Source of the DNA: Dehalococcoidia bacterium
Lineage (GTDB): Bacteria; Chloroflexota; Dehalococcoidia; DSTF01; WHTK01
NCBI GenBank assembly: GCA_009377745.1
Contig: WHTK01000013.1
Location: forward strand, 1,212 to 65,211
Direction: 5' to 3'
DNA length: 64,000 nt
The position numbers were made by a program, and so were the translations under genes. Below are positions 10,746 to 20,891 of the stretch, piece by piece; position 1 is the first letter of the stretch; each line of letters starts with the position of its first letter. The notes beneath the pieces were generated by a model. The model had not been told where the DNA came from and did not search any database. It worked only from the letters and a program-made list of their open reading frames with translations.

Positions 10746-11030
10746 GATTGCGGGCGGGCGCCCGACTTACAACGCGACTGGCCTGGCAGCGCTGGAGAAG
10801 GGCCTGCAGCTATTCGCGCTACTCCGATCCCAGTCCGGCTCCGAGCGTCGCTCCCCTACCCCTAAGCCCTTGCCAGCCAAACTTGTGCGTACCGATGAAC
10901 GACCAGCGCGATTTGGCTCCCTATGCCGTGCTCGTGTTACGCCGAGGACGAAGCCCTCATAGCTCACCATAAACGTCACGACAGTCCCGGGAGGTGGGAC
11001 TGTCGTGAGAAGGAAGGATGCGGCTGTCGC

Positions 11031-11228
11031 TCAGTTAGCCCGTTGTGCCACCTCCGCGGGCGTGAACGACCTGCCACAGGTTGAGCAGCTGTAGGAGGTG
11101 ATGAGACTGCGGTTGCCAATGTCGGCTGCATTGGCCCACCGCGGCCCTAGCTCCCAGTGAGCGCAATCCGGTGTGTTGGTCGGCGGCGCCTCCCCCCGAT
11201 TCTTCTTGAGCCGTGCGAGTATAGACAT
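11031..11228 (-). CDS. small hypothetical protein (65 aa) with 4 Cys (C-x-H-W...C-S-T-C), possible zinc-ribbon-like
   Basis: ATG at 11228 preceded by a strong SD GGAGGAG at 7-nt spacing; no recognisable family. Confidence 0.4.
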   Translation of the reverse strand: MSILARLKKNRGEAPPTNTPDCAHWELGPRWANAADIGNRSLITSYSCSTCGRSFTPAEVAQRAN

Positions 11229-11549
11229 TCTTTCTCCTCCAGCGGCCTACGAGGTTAGCTGACGGGTTAGGGCTGAAAGAGACTGCCCCGGCCGTACAAA
11301 CGGCCTGCACCCCAAAGATTGGTCCCCCCGTTCCCCTGTGTCCCAGGAGACTCGGCCTATATCCACGTTAGGAGGCTGACCTCACGCTGTCCACCGAAGT
11401 TTGCTTCATGGAACACGGGCGAAACGCCGTTTCCAAAGGGTTGAGGCTGCCGTCGCACCTGGTTTGGTGAGGATCAACCCTCCGCGCAGCCAAGAGGAGA
11501 AGCGCCCGCGAATCTCGCGGACGCCTCTCCTTGATGACGGCCACTTAGG

Positions 11550-13382
11550 TCAGCCGTTGCGTTTTGGCATGTTGGGGTCCAGCCAGTTCAGCCACGAATC
11601 CTGTAGCCAGGAGCGGTTGGTAAACGGCTGATTGACGTTATGCAGCCACGGCCACTCAAAGGTCCAGGTTGAGAAGCGGTGCGGGCCGGGAAGCAGCGGG
11701 AATGTCTTTGCGACGTGACGTTGGATGTCCTTGAGTATCGCTACCCGTTTGTTCCAATCAGGCTCAGTGCGCTGGGCGACGACCAGGCTATCGAGCGTCT
11801 TATCGGCCAGGTCGCCGATCCAGGGATTTGGCGGCCCGTTGCTGTGGTAGTTGCGGTAGAGCAGGTAGTCTACGTCGGTCCCGGATGATCCGGCCGGATA
11901 CTGGACACCCTTGAACTCCGCCGTCGCGACAACCTTGTCGCCGTAGACCTGCGGGGTGACGTTTATGCGATTGGCATTGACGATGCCGGACTTGGCCCAC
12001 TCATCCAGATGGACCGTGGCCAGCTCATCGTTGGCGCCGGTGGTGCGGGCGTAGTAGTCGATCTCGATGCCATCGGGGAAGCCGGCAGCATCCATGAGCT
12101 TCTTGGCTTCGGCGACGTCATACATGTAGTTCTGGGATGCCTCCCCGAGCTCGTTCTTGCGCGGGTCGAGGAAGTAGGCCTCATTCCAGGGCAGATGCGT
12201 AGTGTAGGCGAGCTCAGGTTCGACACCGGCGGCGCGAAACGCCACAACGTTGCTCTGGAGCTCCTGATATGCATCCCACGGCATGATCTTGTGCAGGGCA
12301 ATGCGGACACGAGGGTCCTTCCAGGGCGAGGTCGCAGCATCGATCTTGCCGAAGTTACCACGATTGACCGTCCAATTGACGATCTCGTTGGCGATCATGA
12401 TCGACTCCGGCGCGTCGGCGCGGAGGCGGAGCGCATCGCGGGCTTCAGGCGTGAAACCGATGACGTTCTGGGCTATGAACTGGGCGTAAGCGTTGGAGTC
12501 CTCCGTAATGAGGGGCCAGTGCCAGCGGTCAATGAACGGTTTGCCTGCCCAATACTCATCCCACTTCTTGAACTCCCACGTTAGGGAAGGCGCTACCTTA
12601 TCGACCATGCGCCAGCTGGTGCCGATCATCTGGGTGCCGAGCAGTATCGGGTCCGCGTTGAGTTCCTTGGGGATGATCTTGAAGGCAAAGTTGTAGTCCC
12701 ACATCCGCGCCAGGAAGGGCGCGTAGGGCTCATTCAGCTTCAAAACCATTGTGGTGGCGTCCGGGAACTCCGCCTTGTCCACAACTTCCAGGAAGGCAGC
12801 GCGGTTGACGCTCACATCGACATAGCGCTCATAGGTGGTGCGCCAGTCATCGATGTCCATGACTCGGGCGTTGACCGGCTCGATGGGATGGAACTTTACG
12901 TTCGGCCGCAGCTTGAAGGTGTAAGTGAGGCCACCGTTAGAGGCCTCATAAGAGCGGGCCAGGTGCGGCCTGAGCTCCTGACCTTCTGAGCTGTTCGGGT
13001 CAATGCCTGGCCCCCGGTTTGGGATGACCAGGTATTCGTAGCCGAAGTCGGTAAACCTATCGCCGCGTCCCTGGGTGGCGAAGTTGGGGTCCATGGACTC
13101 CGTGAGGTCCTGTTCATTGCGCCGCGTGAGGATGCCTCCGGGCACACCGGCCTTGGTCTCGTCCGCCAGCTTCCAGTTGTCCTTCGCGTAGACCACGTTG
13201 CCGGCCTTACGGACACCGCTAGGGTCAATGTTGATTGTCTGCGCACCACCACCACCGTCGCTGCTGCCGCCACCACAGGCAATCAGGGTGGCGGCGCCGG
13301 CTCCGGCTGCTGTTCCCGCCAGGAACCGCCGGCGTGAGACTCGCTTGTGACTTGCGAGCCAAGACTTGGAGCTAGTCGTCAT
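11550..13382 (-). CDS. family-5 (peptide/opine/nickel-type) solute-binding lipoprotein with Tat signal
   Basis: 610 aa; N-terminus SRRRFLAGTAAGAGAATLIACGGG (twin-arginine + lipobox); GGAGAGGG SD before ATG; paralogous to 5 other SBPs in the window. Confidence 0.85.
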   Translation of the reverse strand: MTTSSKSWLASHKRVSRRRFLAGTAAGAGAATLIACGGGSSDGGGGAQTINIDPSGVRKAGNVVYAKDNWKLADETKAGVPGGILTRRNEQDLTESMDPNFATQGRGDRFTDFGYEYLVIPNRGPGIDPNSSEGQELRPHLARSYEASNGGLTYTFKLRPNVKFHPIEPVNARVMDIDDWRTTYERYVDVSVNRAAFLEVVDKAEFPDATTMVLKLNEPYAPFLARMWDYNFAFKIIPKELNADPILLGTQMIGTSWRMVDKVAPSLTWEFKKWDEYWAGKPFIDRWHWPLITEDSNAYAQFIAQNVIGFTPEARDALRLRADAPESIMIANEIVNWTVNRGNFGKIDAATSPWKDPRVRIALHKIMPWDAYQELQSNVVAFRAAGVEPELAYTTHLPWNEAYFLDPRKNELGEASQNYMYDVAEAKKLMDAAGFPDGIEIDYYARTTGANDELATVHLDEWAKSGIVNANRINVTPQVYGDKVVATAEFKGVQYPAGSSGTDVDYLLYRNYHSNGPPNPWIGDLADKTLDSLVVAQRTEPDWNKRVAILKDIQRHVAKTFPLLPGPHRFSTWTFEWPWLHNVNQPFTNRSWLQDSWLNWLDPNMPKRNG

Positions 13383-13474
13383 AATCCCTCTCCTAATGAG
13401 AATTCGGACGAATCACCTGGCGAGCGTGAGCAGAGACTCGCCTGGCTGCACGACGTAGGCCCTATCCGGCCCGC

Positions 13475-15305
13475 CTAGCCATCGCGACGCGGCATGCTCT
13501 TGTCTAGCCACCAAACATGACTGGGCAGCGCTCCCCGTTCACCGCGGCGATGGTTACCGTTGTGCAGCCAGGCCCACTCGACGTCCCAGGTCCCGAACAT
13601 GTGGGCGGTCGGCTGGATCGGAAACAGCGTGGCGACTAACTTCTGCCAATCCTTGACGATGGCGGCGCGCTTCAGCGGGTCAAGCTCGCGCCGCTGCGCC
13701 TCCACCATCTCGTCGATCTTGGGATCAGGGAAGGTAGAAGCGCGGCCCTCGCTGTAGTAGTTGTTGAACATGACATAGTCGACATCGGTTGCGCCGCCGG
13801 AGCCGCCGGAAGTGCACTGGACGCCCTTGAAGGTGTTCGAGTAGACGAGATTCTCGTAGTATTCAGCCCGAACCTTCCAGACCGGGTTCACTCTAATCTT
13901 GGTGTCGTTCTCGAATCGCTTCCAGTTGTCGAGCATCAGGTTCTGGCGCTCCTCACGCGAGTTGATGAGACACCAGACGTCGATTTCGAAGCCGTCCGGG
14001 TAGCCGGCGGCCTCCACAAGCTTGCGCGCCGCGGCCACATCGTGCAGATAGTTCTCAGAGGCATCGCCCAGCTCACCTTTGCGCGGGTCCAGCCAATACT
14101 CGGGCTCGCGAGGTGCGTGAGTCGTGAAAGCAACCTCGATAGGCACGCCGACGGCCTCGAAGGCGGTCTTATTGCCCTGGAAGTTCGCGATGCCCTCGTG
14201 ATCGACCGCCCGATGGAGCGCTATGCGCACACGCGGGTCCTTCCAGGGCGAGGTGTCGAGATCATGGGCGCCCCATACACCTCTAGGCGTGTCGTATGGA
14301 TTGATCTCCTGGCCGATCAGCAAGGCGTCGGGTGCATCCTGACGCAGCTGCAGCGCCTGCTGATTAGTAGGCGTGTAGCCGATGATGTTCTGCGCCACGA
14401 ACTGGGAATAGACGTTGGAAGCCTCGGGAATGACGGGGTAGTGCCAGCGATCGATGAACGGGTCGCCCTTCCAATAGCCGTCCCACTTCTTGAACTCCTG
14501 GACGATGGACGGCTGTACTTTATCAACCATCCTGAAGTTGGTGCCGATCAGCCTGGTCGCGACCAGCTCGGGGTCGTCATTGAGCTCGCGTGGCACGATT
14601 TTGAAGGCGAAGTTCTGCTCGTCCATACGCTTGAGAAAGGGCGCGTACGGCTCCTTCATGTGTATGACCATGTGTCGGCCATCGGGGTACTCCACGCGAT
14701 CGACGATTGAAAGCATGCCCGCCCGGTTGCTACCAACCTCGATGAAGCGCTGATAGCTGGACCGCCAGTCCTCGATATCCATCTCGCGGGCATTCACCGG
14801 GTCGATGGGGTGAAACTTGACGCCAGGCCTGAGGGTAAAGGTGTACCGCAGGCCGCCATCAGCAACCTCATACTTCTCTGCCAGGGCGCCGATCTTCGTT
14901 TTATAGGCGTCGCTGCCAGGCTCAATACCGGGCCCCCGATTGGTGTCCAGAAGGTACTCGTAGCCAATGTCGTTGAAGTTCTCTACCACGCCGGCTTGAG
15001 CCAGATAAGGGTCCCAGCTAGCCTCTAGCTCATCGGCCACGTAGCCGGGATAGACGCCGCCGCGGACTGCCTGCTTGGTTTCATCCGCCAGCTTCCAATC
15101 GTCCTTCTGGTAGACCACAGCTCCAGGCGCCCGCACCGAGCTGGGGTCCACTGTGAGACCCTGGTCAGAGCCATCGCCGCCGCCGCAAGCAATGAGGGCG
15201 GCCGCGCCCATGCCGCCTGCCGCGGTCGTGCCGATAAATCGCCGCCGTCAGCCTTCTGCCTGCGTAGGACGGCAACCAGGATGGGGTGTCGTGCGCCGTC
15301 TTCAT
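13475..15305 (-). CDS. family-5 solute-binding lipoprotein, paralog; signal-peptide region carries a frameshift (possible pseudogene or sequence error)
   Basis: Called ORF starts at 15211 (MGAAALIACGGG) but in-frame upstream reads RRRFIGTTAAGG preceded by TGA. A different frame from ATG 15305 (GGAGGAG SD) gives MKTAHDTPSWLPSYAGRRL, matching the SBP at 57128..58972 (MTAPTWLPSYARSVTRRRF). One-base indel near 15248. Confidence 0.65.
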
Positions 15306-15353
15306 CGTCTCCTCCTCATGGCCCTCGATCCCTCGACTACTCTGGAGCCGAGA

Positions 15354-17183
15354 CTACGAGGTGCGCTTGCTCTCGTCGTACCAGTAGCGTGTGAATACAC
15401 GGGCGCTGACGTTGTTGGTGATGAACATCCCGTGGTTGGCCAGCCAGGGCCAGCGCAGGCTGTAGCCGGGGAAGTTGCCGGATGGGTGAGGTAGGTCCGG
15501 CCAGCTCATGGCGGCGTTCTGCTGTAGCTCCTTGAGGATTGCATTCCGCTTCTTGCTGTCCGTCTCCTGGCGTTGCTTGATAACCAGGTCAGTTATGCCT
15601 GGCACCGGGCCGTTGGAGACCTTGCTGCGGCCTTCTGGCGTGTACTTCTGTGTGACATAAACGTCCACGCTGAATCCAGCCAGTCGCGAGGCCAGCAGGC
15701 CGGTGTAGGCTTCGCCGCCGCTATCGTCCTCCTGACGCCATGACGTGGTGTAGAGAAGCGGGCGCCACTCCAGGTCGAAAATGCCGCCGTTGTTGATCAT
15801 CGCTGCCGTGACCTCGTGCTCCTTGACGATGTCGAAGGCGCGGTCACTCCAGCAGCCGTAGGTTTCCTTCACCGGAGTCTGCAAACCTGCGGCCTCCACG
15901 AGCTTCTTCGCCTCGGCAGGGTTGTGCTCGAAGTATTTGGCTCCTTCGCCGAGGCCGTCTCCGCGCGGGTCGACCCACTCGGCGTAGCCGGCCGGAATGT
16001 GGCTATTCAGCCGATAGTTGGTCGGGAGGCCGGCAGACCTGAACAGCTCGAGACCCTGGAAGGTCTCTGTCAGGAGCTCACGGTCGAGCATCATCGCGAC
16101 GGCGCGGCGGACGCGTTCATCAACGAAGATGGAGTCTGGCCGCTTGGAGAAGTTGGTGTAGCTAACTCCCGTGGCGTACTCGCGTTCGGCAAGCATCAGC
16201 ATCTCTGGCTGGTCTCGCTTGGTTGCAAGGATGTCGTCCGGGCGGACGGTAAAAGCCCAGAGATTTTTCGCCTTGAACTGGGCAAGCCCGCTCGAGTAAT
16301 CGGAGATCAGGGTGCGTTCGATCTTGTCGAGGTAAGGCTCCGGATTGCCGTACCAGTCGGGGTTCTTGTTGTACGTGATGCCCTGACTGGGACGGAAGCT
16401 TTCCAGGAAATACGGACCCGAGCCCCGCATGTCGCCCTGGAAGTTGAAGTTATCGTCTCTGGGCATGACGTAGAAATGCTGATGAGAGGACAGCAGCTCA
16501 ATGATCGGCGAGTAAGGGAAGGCAAACTTCATCACGACGGTCCGGTCGTCTGGCGTCTCGACGGTCGTGATGGGCGAGACTTCACTGCGGGAGTTCGCGA
16601 GGTCGCGCGCGGACGGCCCCAACTCGGCGAATTTATCCCAGCTCCACTTCACATCGGCTGAGGTCATGGCGCGCCCATTGGTCGGCGGGCGCGGGTCAAA
16701 TTTGTGGTTAGCGCGCAGCTTCAGGGTGATCTGCATCGCGTCGGCTGAGACCTCGAAGGATTCGGCTGCATCGCCGGATATCGTCTCAGCGCCCGGGCGC
16801 TCCTTGGAGCTGATCCCGCCCTTCAGGAGATTGCTGTAGACCGGGGTCATCTGAGGAAATGTGGGTGTTGCGTTGTTGAGAAGCGGGTCGAGGTTGATGA
16901 CGTCCTCGTCCATGAAGTCCGGCCAGATGCCGCCAGCCTTGGCCTGCTTTGTCCTGTCTTCATGCTTGCCGAGCAGGCCCGAGGCGTCGCCTTCTATGCC
17001 CCCGTCATCGCCGCCGCCACCGCAGCCGATAAGGCTAAGCGCGGTCACCCCGGCTCCGGCTCCAGCGCCCGCCTGCAGCAGCCGCCTTCGCGATAGCCTG
17101 GCCCTGGCTACTTTGTCCCAATAGCTTGTGTTCCCCCTCAATTCAAACCTCCTCGTCTCATAGATGCGTCTAATGGTGGACAT
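15354..17183 (-). CDS. family-5 solute-binding lipoprotein with Tat signal, paralog
   Basis: 609 aa; ...SYWDKVARARLSRRRLLQAGAGAGAGVTALSLIGCGGGG; GGGGGA SD before ATG 17183. Confidence 0.85.
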   Translation of the reverse strand: MSTIRRIYETRRFELRGNTSYWDKVARARLSRRRLLQAGAGAGAGVTALSLIGCGGGGDDGGIEGDASGLLGKHEDRTKQAKAGGIWPDFMDEDVINLDPLLNNATPTFPQMTPVYSNLLKGGISSKERPGAETISGDAAESFEVSADAMQITLKLRANHKFDPRPPTNGRAMTSADVKWSWDKFAELGPSARDLANSRSEVSPITTVETPDDRTVVMKFAFPYSPIIELLSSHQHFYVMPRDDNFNFQGDMRGSGPYFLESFRPSQGITYNKNPDWYGNPEPYLDKIERTLISDYSSGLAQFKAKNLWAFTVRPDDILATKRDQPEMLMLAEREYATGVSYTNFSKRPDSIFVDERVRRAVAMMLDRELLTETFQGLELFRSAGLPTNYRLNSHIPAGYAEWVDPRGDGLGEGAKYFEHNPAEAKKLVEAAGLQTPVKETYGCWSDRAFDIVKEHEVTAAMINNGGIFDLEWRPLLYTTSWRQEDDSGGEAYTGLLASRLAGFSVDVYVTQKYTPEGRSKVSNGPVPGITDLVIKQRQETDSKKRNAILKELQQNAAMSWPDLPHPSGNFPGYSLRWPWLANHGMFITNNVSARVFTRYWYDESKRTS

Positions 17184-17452
17184 CCCTGTCCCCCATCAAT
17201 TCGACGCTACGTTGGGTCAACCGGCCTGTCTAGCCGAAGATGTTTCATGAAAAAGGCTGCTGGTTTGAGTCTGACTACGTGAGCCAAGGGAGGATGATTA
17301 CCTTTTGGCGAGGCAGGAAATCGTGATGCCGCGGGCCAGCTTAGCGAACGAAGTATCGAAGACTTCGATTGCCGGAGGCGGACGTCGTGCCTACAGGGCG
17401 ACTAAAGCTGCTTCGCGCCCCCCGCAAATGCAAGTCACTCTCGACTGGTGAT

Positions 17453-17821
17453 TCAGATCTGCTCTGCACTCTTGGAGCGCTCCTGAGCGCGGCGCCACAA
17501 GCTGACAAATCGGCCGAAGGGGATATCCGAAAGAAAGGGATGACGAAACCGGGCTGCCGGATTCAGGGTGTAGTGATTGCGGCGGCCCGAGCGCCGGATT
17601 TTGACGTAATCCGCATTCGCGAGGTCCTTGATAATGTCGGCAACCCGTCGCTCCGTTATCTCGAGCGAGGCCGCGATCTCGCGGATGGTGGCGTTTGGAT
17701 TGGACGCGATGTAGAGCAGCACAAGGCCGTGGCTCGTCACGAGCGTCCACGAGGGCAGTGGCCTGAAGGCTGGCTCGTCTCTGGTCACGATGATCCCTGG
17801 AGGACTGTATATCATTCTCAT
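17453..17821 (-). CDS. small winged-helix (wHTH) transcriptional regulator
   Basis: 122 aa; HTH-like ...YIASNPNATIREIAASLEITERRVADIIKDLANADYVKIRRSG; lies directly upstream, same strand, of the three tandem SBP genes. Overlapping long ORFs in other frames judged spurious. Confidence 0.5.
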   Translation of the reverse strand: MRMIYSPPGIIVTRDEPAFRPLPSWTLVTSHGLVLLYIASNPNATIREIAASLEITERRVADIIKDLANADYVKIRRSGRRNHYTLNPAARFRHPFLSDIPFGRFVSLWRRAQERSKSAEQI

Positions 17822-18123
17822 CCACGCGGGAAGGAAGCTCCGAAGGGATCGAGCATAGCCAGACTCGCGAAGGATTCTCTTTGGGCCGAATGCTTGCCTG
17901 AAGATAATTTCGTGAAAACATTGGTATCTGGACAGGGGAGTTTTCAGTGTCTAAACCAGAAGTGCGAACATCTGACCAGTAGCGGGTGTTGGCAACTCTC
18001 CCCTCGGACGAGGCCGCTTGCGGCCTCGTCCCCCCAAAACTTCCAGTGGCCAAGAGGACGAGAAGTCGTGAGAAACGCAATCCCGCCGCCGGACATGGAC
18101 AATCACGTTCGCGTAAGAGTAAG

Positions 18124-18453
18124 ATGATTAGCGTGCAACCAGATCGCTTGGACGAGATTCGCCAGGGCAAACGCGGACTAGCATTGGTCCTCTACGTAGA
18201 TGTCCCCGATGACGCTTGGGAAGACTATGCGGATGAGCTACCGGCCGTCATGGTCCTGGGGCAGGCGCTGGGCACGAATGTCCTGGAGCTTGTCAAGCGG
18301 GGCCTCGATGCCGGACAAGCCCAGGGCATCACTGATCGAGCTGCCGAATCCATACGCTTGCTGTTAGCGACGCGGCCCGAAGATCAGGCTTTCCTCGCCT
18401 CCATGCTTGAGGGCATATCCGGCCGTTTGACCGGCTCCTCCTCCAAAGCCTGA
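18124..18453 (+). CDS. hypothetical protein
   Basis: Part of ORF 17986..18453; no recognisable domain; start chosen at internal ATG (MISVQPDRL...); weak support. Confidence 0.25.
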   Translation: MISVQPDRLDEIRQGKRGLALVLYVDVPDDAWEDYADELPAVMVLGQALGTNVLELVKRGLDAGQAQGITDRAAESIRLLLATRPEDQAFLASMLEGISGRLTGSSSKA

Positions 18454-18668
18454 CTAGCACTCGGTCTGGCCCTGTCCATCAGGGCGCCTGCCTCTGAGCA
18501 TGGCCTCTGGCTGGACGGACATGGGTCAGATTCGATAAACCGCAGCTTGCAGGGCCATTCCCTCCTTACGCAATTGGCAGACTGTCGAGAGGGCAGAGCC
18601 CTCGTTCTAACATGGTTGAGAGTGCTCCCCGCCGACGCTTGGCGCAGTACGTCGAGCGGAGGATTGCC

Positions 18669-19061
18669 ATGGTCTATGCGCAGGAAATGATCCGTACTCA
18701 CCCTAAGAGCAGTGAACGGCCCGGGCTCGTGGAGGCGATAGACGCCTGCTTTGATTGTGCGCAGGCTTGCATTGCCTGTGCTGACGCCTGTCTGGGCGAA
18801 CCTCAAGTTGCAAGCATGGTCAAATGCATCCGGCTCAACCTGGACTGCGCCGCTATCTGTCAGACCACGGGGGAAGTCCTGTCTCGGCAAACAGAGACGG
18901 TATGGAGCATCTCTCAGGCTCAGCTTCAGGCTTGCGTGGAGGCTTGCCGCATGTGTGCGGAGGAATGCTCAGAGCATGCTGCCCACATGGAGCATTGCCG
19001 TATCTGCGCCGATGCCTGTCGCCGTTGCGAGGACGCCTGCCGGAGGCTTGCCGCCGCCTAA
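18669..19061 (+). CDS. Cys-rich four-helix-bundle protein of the DUF326 / Csp3 copper-storage-like family
   Basis: Repeated C-x2-C-x3-C motifs (CFDCAQACIACADAC, CAAICQTTGE, CVEACRMCAEEC, CRICADACRRCEDAC); GGAGG SD 7 nt before ATG 18669. Confidence 0.65.
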   Translation: MVYAQEMIRTHPKSSERPGLVEAIDACFDCAQACIACADACLGEPQVASMVKCIRLNLDCAAICQTTGEVLSRQTETVWSISQAQLQACVEACRMCAEECSEHAAHMEHCRICADACRRCEDACRRLAAA

Positions 19062-19445
19062 AGCAGAACCTCTCTCCCAAGCTTTGTCGCCGTCCTCAGG
19101 ACCGCACACTGTCGGTGAGTCCTGCTGCTGACTTGGCCTCCCGCCTCAGCGTGCCGGCCACGCGGCAGAGCTTGTCTGGCATTACATTCTCCTATTTTGC
19201 AGCGCGGGAAGTGCGTAGAAGCGCTGCCATCCTCGCGCATGCGACCGGTCAGCGCAACGCTGCATCGCGTCACCGCCTTATCCGCGTGGTCGCCCTGTCA
19301 GTAGTAGACGTAATGGCTCAGCGCCGTAGGTGTTCAGCCCAAATTGCGTTCGATCACGATTCAGGGCTAATCTGCCGTTACTTAGTCGTACGCTGCCGGC
19401 GCGACCTTGATACCTGATTTCTGAACCGGCTGCCGGAGACATATC

Positions 19446-20876
19446 GTGAATCGTCCTGACTTCTCCAGCGAAGATGTGGCTGTCGTGTCCGGCCAGGGCG
19501 CCCCGGTCTGGGAGGATGCAGCCACTCGAAACCCGGCCCAGTCACCGGCACCAGAGCTCCTCACTGCCAATCGCCAATCGTGGGGCCGCTACCCCAGCGT
19601 TGCGCATGCCGGCGTTGCGGAGTTGAGCCGGCGTCAGCCTCTGCCCGACCTCGCCGCACTCGGACCCAGCCTCCTGCCCCACGGCCTCGGCCGTAGCTAC
19701 GGCGATAGCTGTCTCAACGAGGGCGGCGTCCTGCTCGACACCACCAGCCTCAACCGCTTCATCGCTTTCGACGCCACGACTGGCTTGCTACGCTGCGAAT
19801 CCGGCGTCTCGTTGGCCCAGATCCTCGACCTCGGCGTGCCGCGGGGCTGGTTCCTGCCGACTACGCCGGGCACCAAGTTCGTCACGGTCGGCGGCGCCAT
19901 TGCCAACGACATCCACGGCAAGAACCATCATGTGGCCGGCGCCTTTGGGCGGCACGTGACCTGCTTCGAGTTGCTGCGCTCCGACGGCCAGCGTTATCTC
20001 TGCTCCCCGAACGAGAACGTTGACCTCTACCGCGCCACCATCGGCGGCATGGGGCTGACGGGGCTGATCCTCTGGGCCGAGGTCCAACTGCGTCCCATCT
20101 CCGGCCCCTACGTCGACATGGAGTCGATCCGCTTCGGGTCGCTGGCTGAGTTCTTCGAGGTCTCGGAGGAGTCCGACCGCGCCTGCGAGTACACGATGGC
20201 CTGGATCGACTGCATGGCCGCGGGCGCGCAGGTCGGTCGCGGGCTGTTCATGCGCGGCAACCACGCCTGGCAGCCGCGCATCCCGGGGCGTACCGGGACC
20301 CCGCGCCGGCTCCTTTCCCTGCCCATAGACCTACCTAACTGGGTGCTCAACGGCGCCAGCGTCCGAGCCTTCAACGCGCTGCACTATCACGCCCAGCTCC
20401 TCAAGCGTGTGCGCAAGACGATCCCCTACGACCCCTTCTTCTATCCGCTCGACTCGATCGGCGACTGGAACAAGATGTACGGGCGGCGCGGCTTCCTCCA
20501 GCACCAGTGCGTCCTGCCGCGAGAGACGGCCTTGCAATCCCTACGCTCCATCCTCGAGACGGGAGCGAAGTCTGGCGAAGGCTCGTTCCTGGCCGTCCTC
20601 AAGACCTTCGGCGACGTGAAATCGCCCGGCTTGATGTCGTTTCCGCGGCCCGGCGTCACCCTGGCGCTCGATTTCGCCTTCAAGGGCGAGAAGACACTAC
20701 GCCTGCTCGACCGCATCGACGAAATCGTTGTAGATCATGGCGGCGCCGTGTATCCGGCCAAGGACGCCCGGATGTCGCCAAAGACGTTCGAGGCCAGCTT
20801 CCCGCGCTGGCGTGACTTCGCCGGTTTCATCGATCCGAATTTCTCCTCCAGCTTCTGGCGCCGCGTCACCGGCTAG
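19446..20876 (+). CDS. FAD-binding oxidoreductase of the DprE1 (decaprenylphosphoryl-beta-D-ribose 2'-oxidase) family
   Basis: 476 aa; GLGRSYGD...VTVGGAIANDIHGKNHH...ATIGGMGLTGLI closely matches the DprE1 FAD-binding core; GTG start. Confidence 0.8.
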   Translation: MNRPDFSSEDVAVVSGQGAPVWEDAATRNPAQSPAPELLTANRQSWGRYPSVAHAGVAELSRRQPLPDLAALGPSLLPHGLGRSYGDSCLNEGGVLLDTTSLNRFIAFDATTGLLRCESGVSLAQILDLGVPRGWFLPTTPGTKFVTVGGAIANDIHGKNHHVAGAFGRHVTCFELLRSDGQRYLCSPNENVDLYRATIGGMGLTGLILWAEVQLRPISGPYVDMESIRFGSLAEFFEVSEESDRACEYTMAWIDCMAAGAQVGRGLFMRGNHAWQPRIPGRTGTPRRLLSLPIDLPNWVLNGASVRAFNALHYHAQLLKRVRKTIPYDPFFYPLDSIGDWNKMYGRRGFLQHQCVLPRETALQSLRSILETGAKSGEGSFLAVLKTFGDVKSPGLMSFPRPGVTLALDFAFKGEKTLRLLDRIDEIVVDHGGAVYPAKDARMSPKTFEASFPRWRDFAGFIDPNFSSSFWRRVTG

Positions 20877-20891
20877 TAAAGGACCCGCATC

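Noticed and set aside
17369-18170. Two overlapping long ORFs (252 aa + strand, 259 aa - strand) spanning the regulator region
   Set aside because: No domain signal; the third-frame 122-aa ORF on the minus strand has a clear wHTH and fits the operon context.
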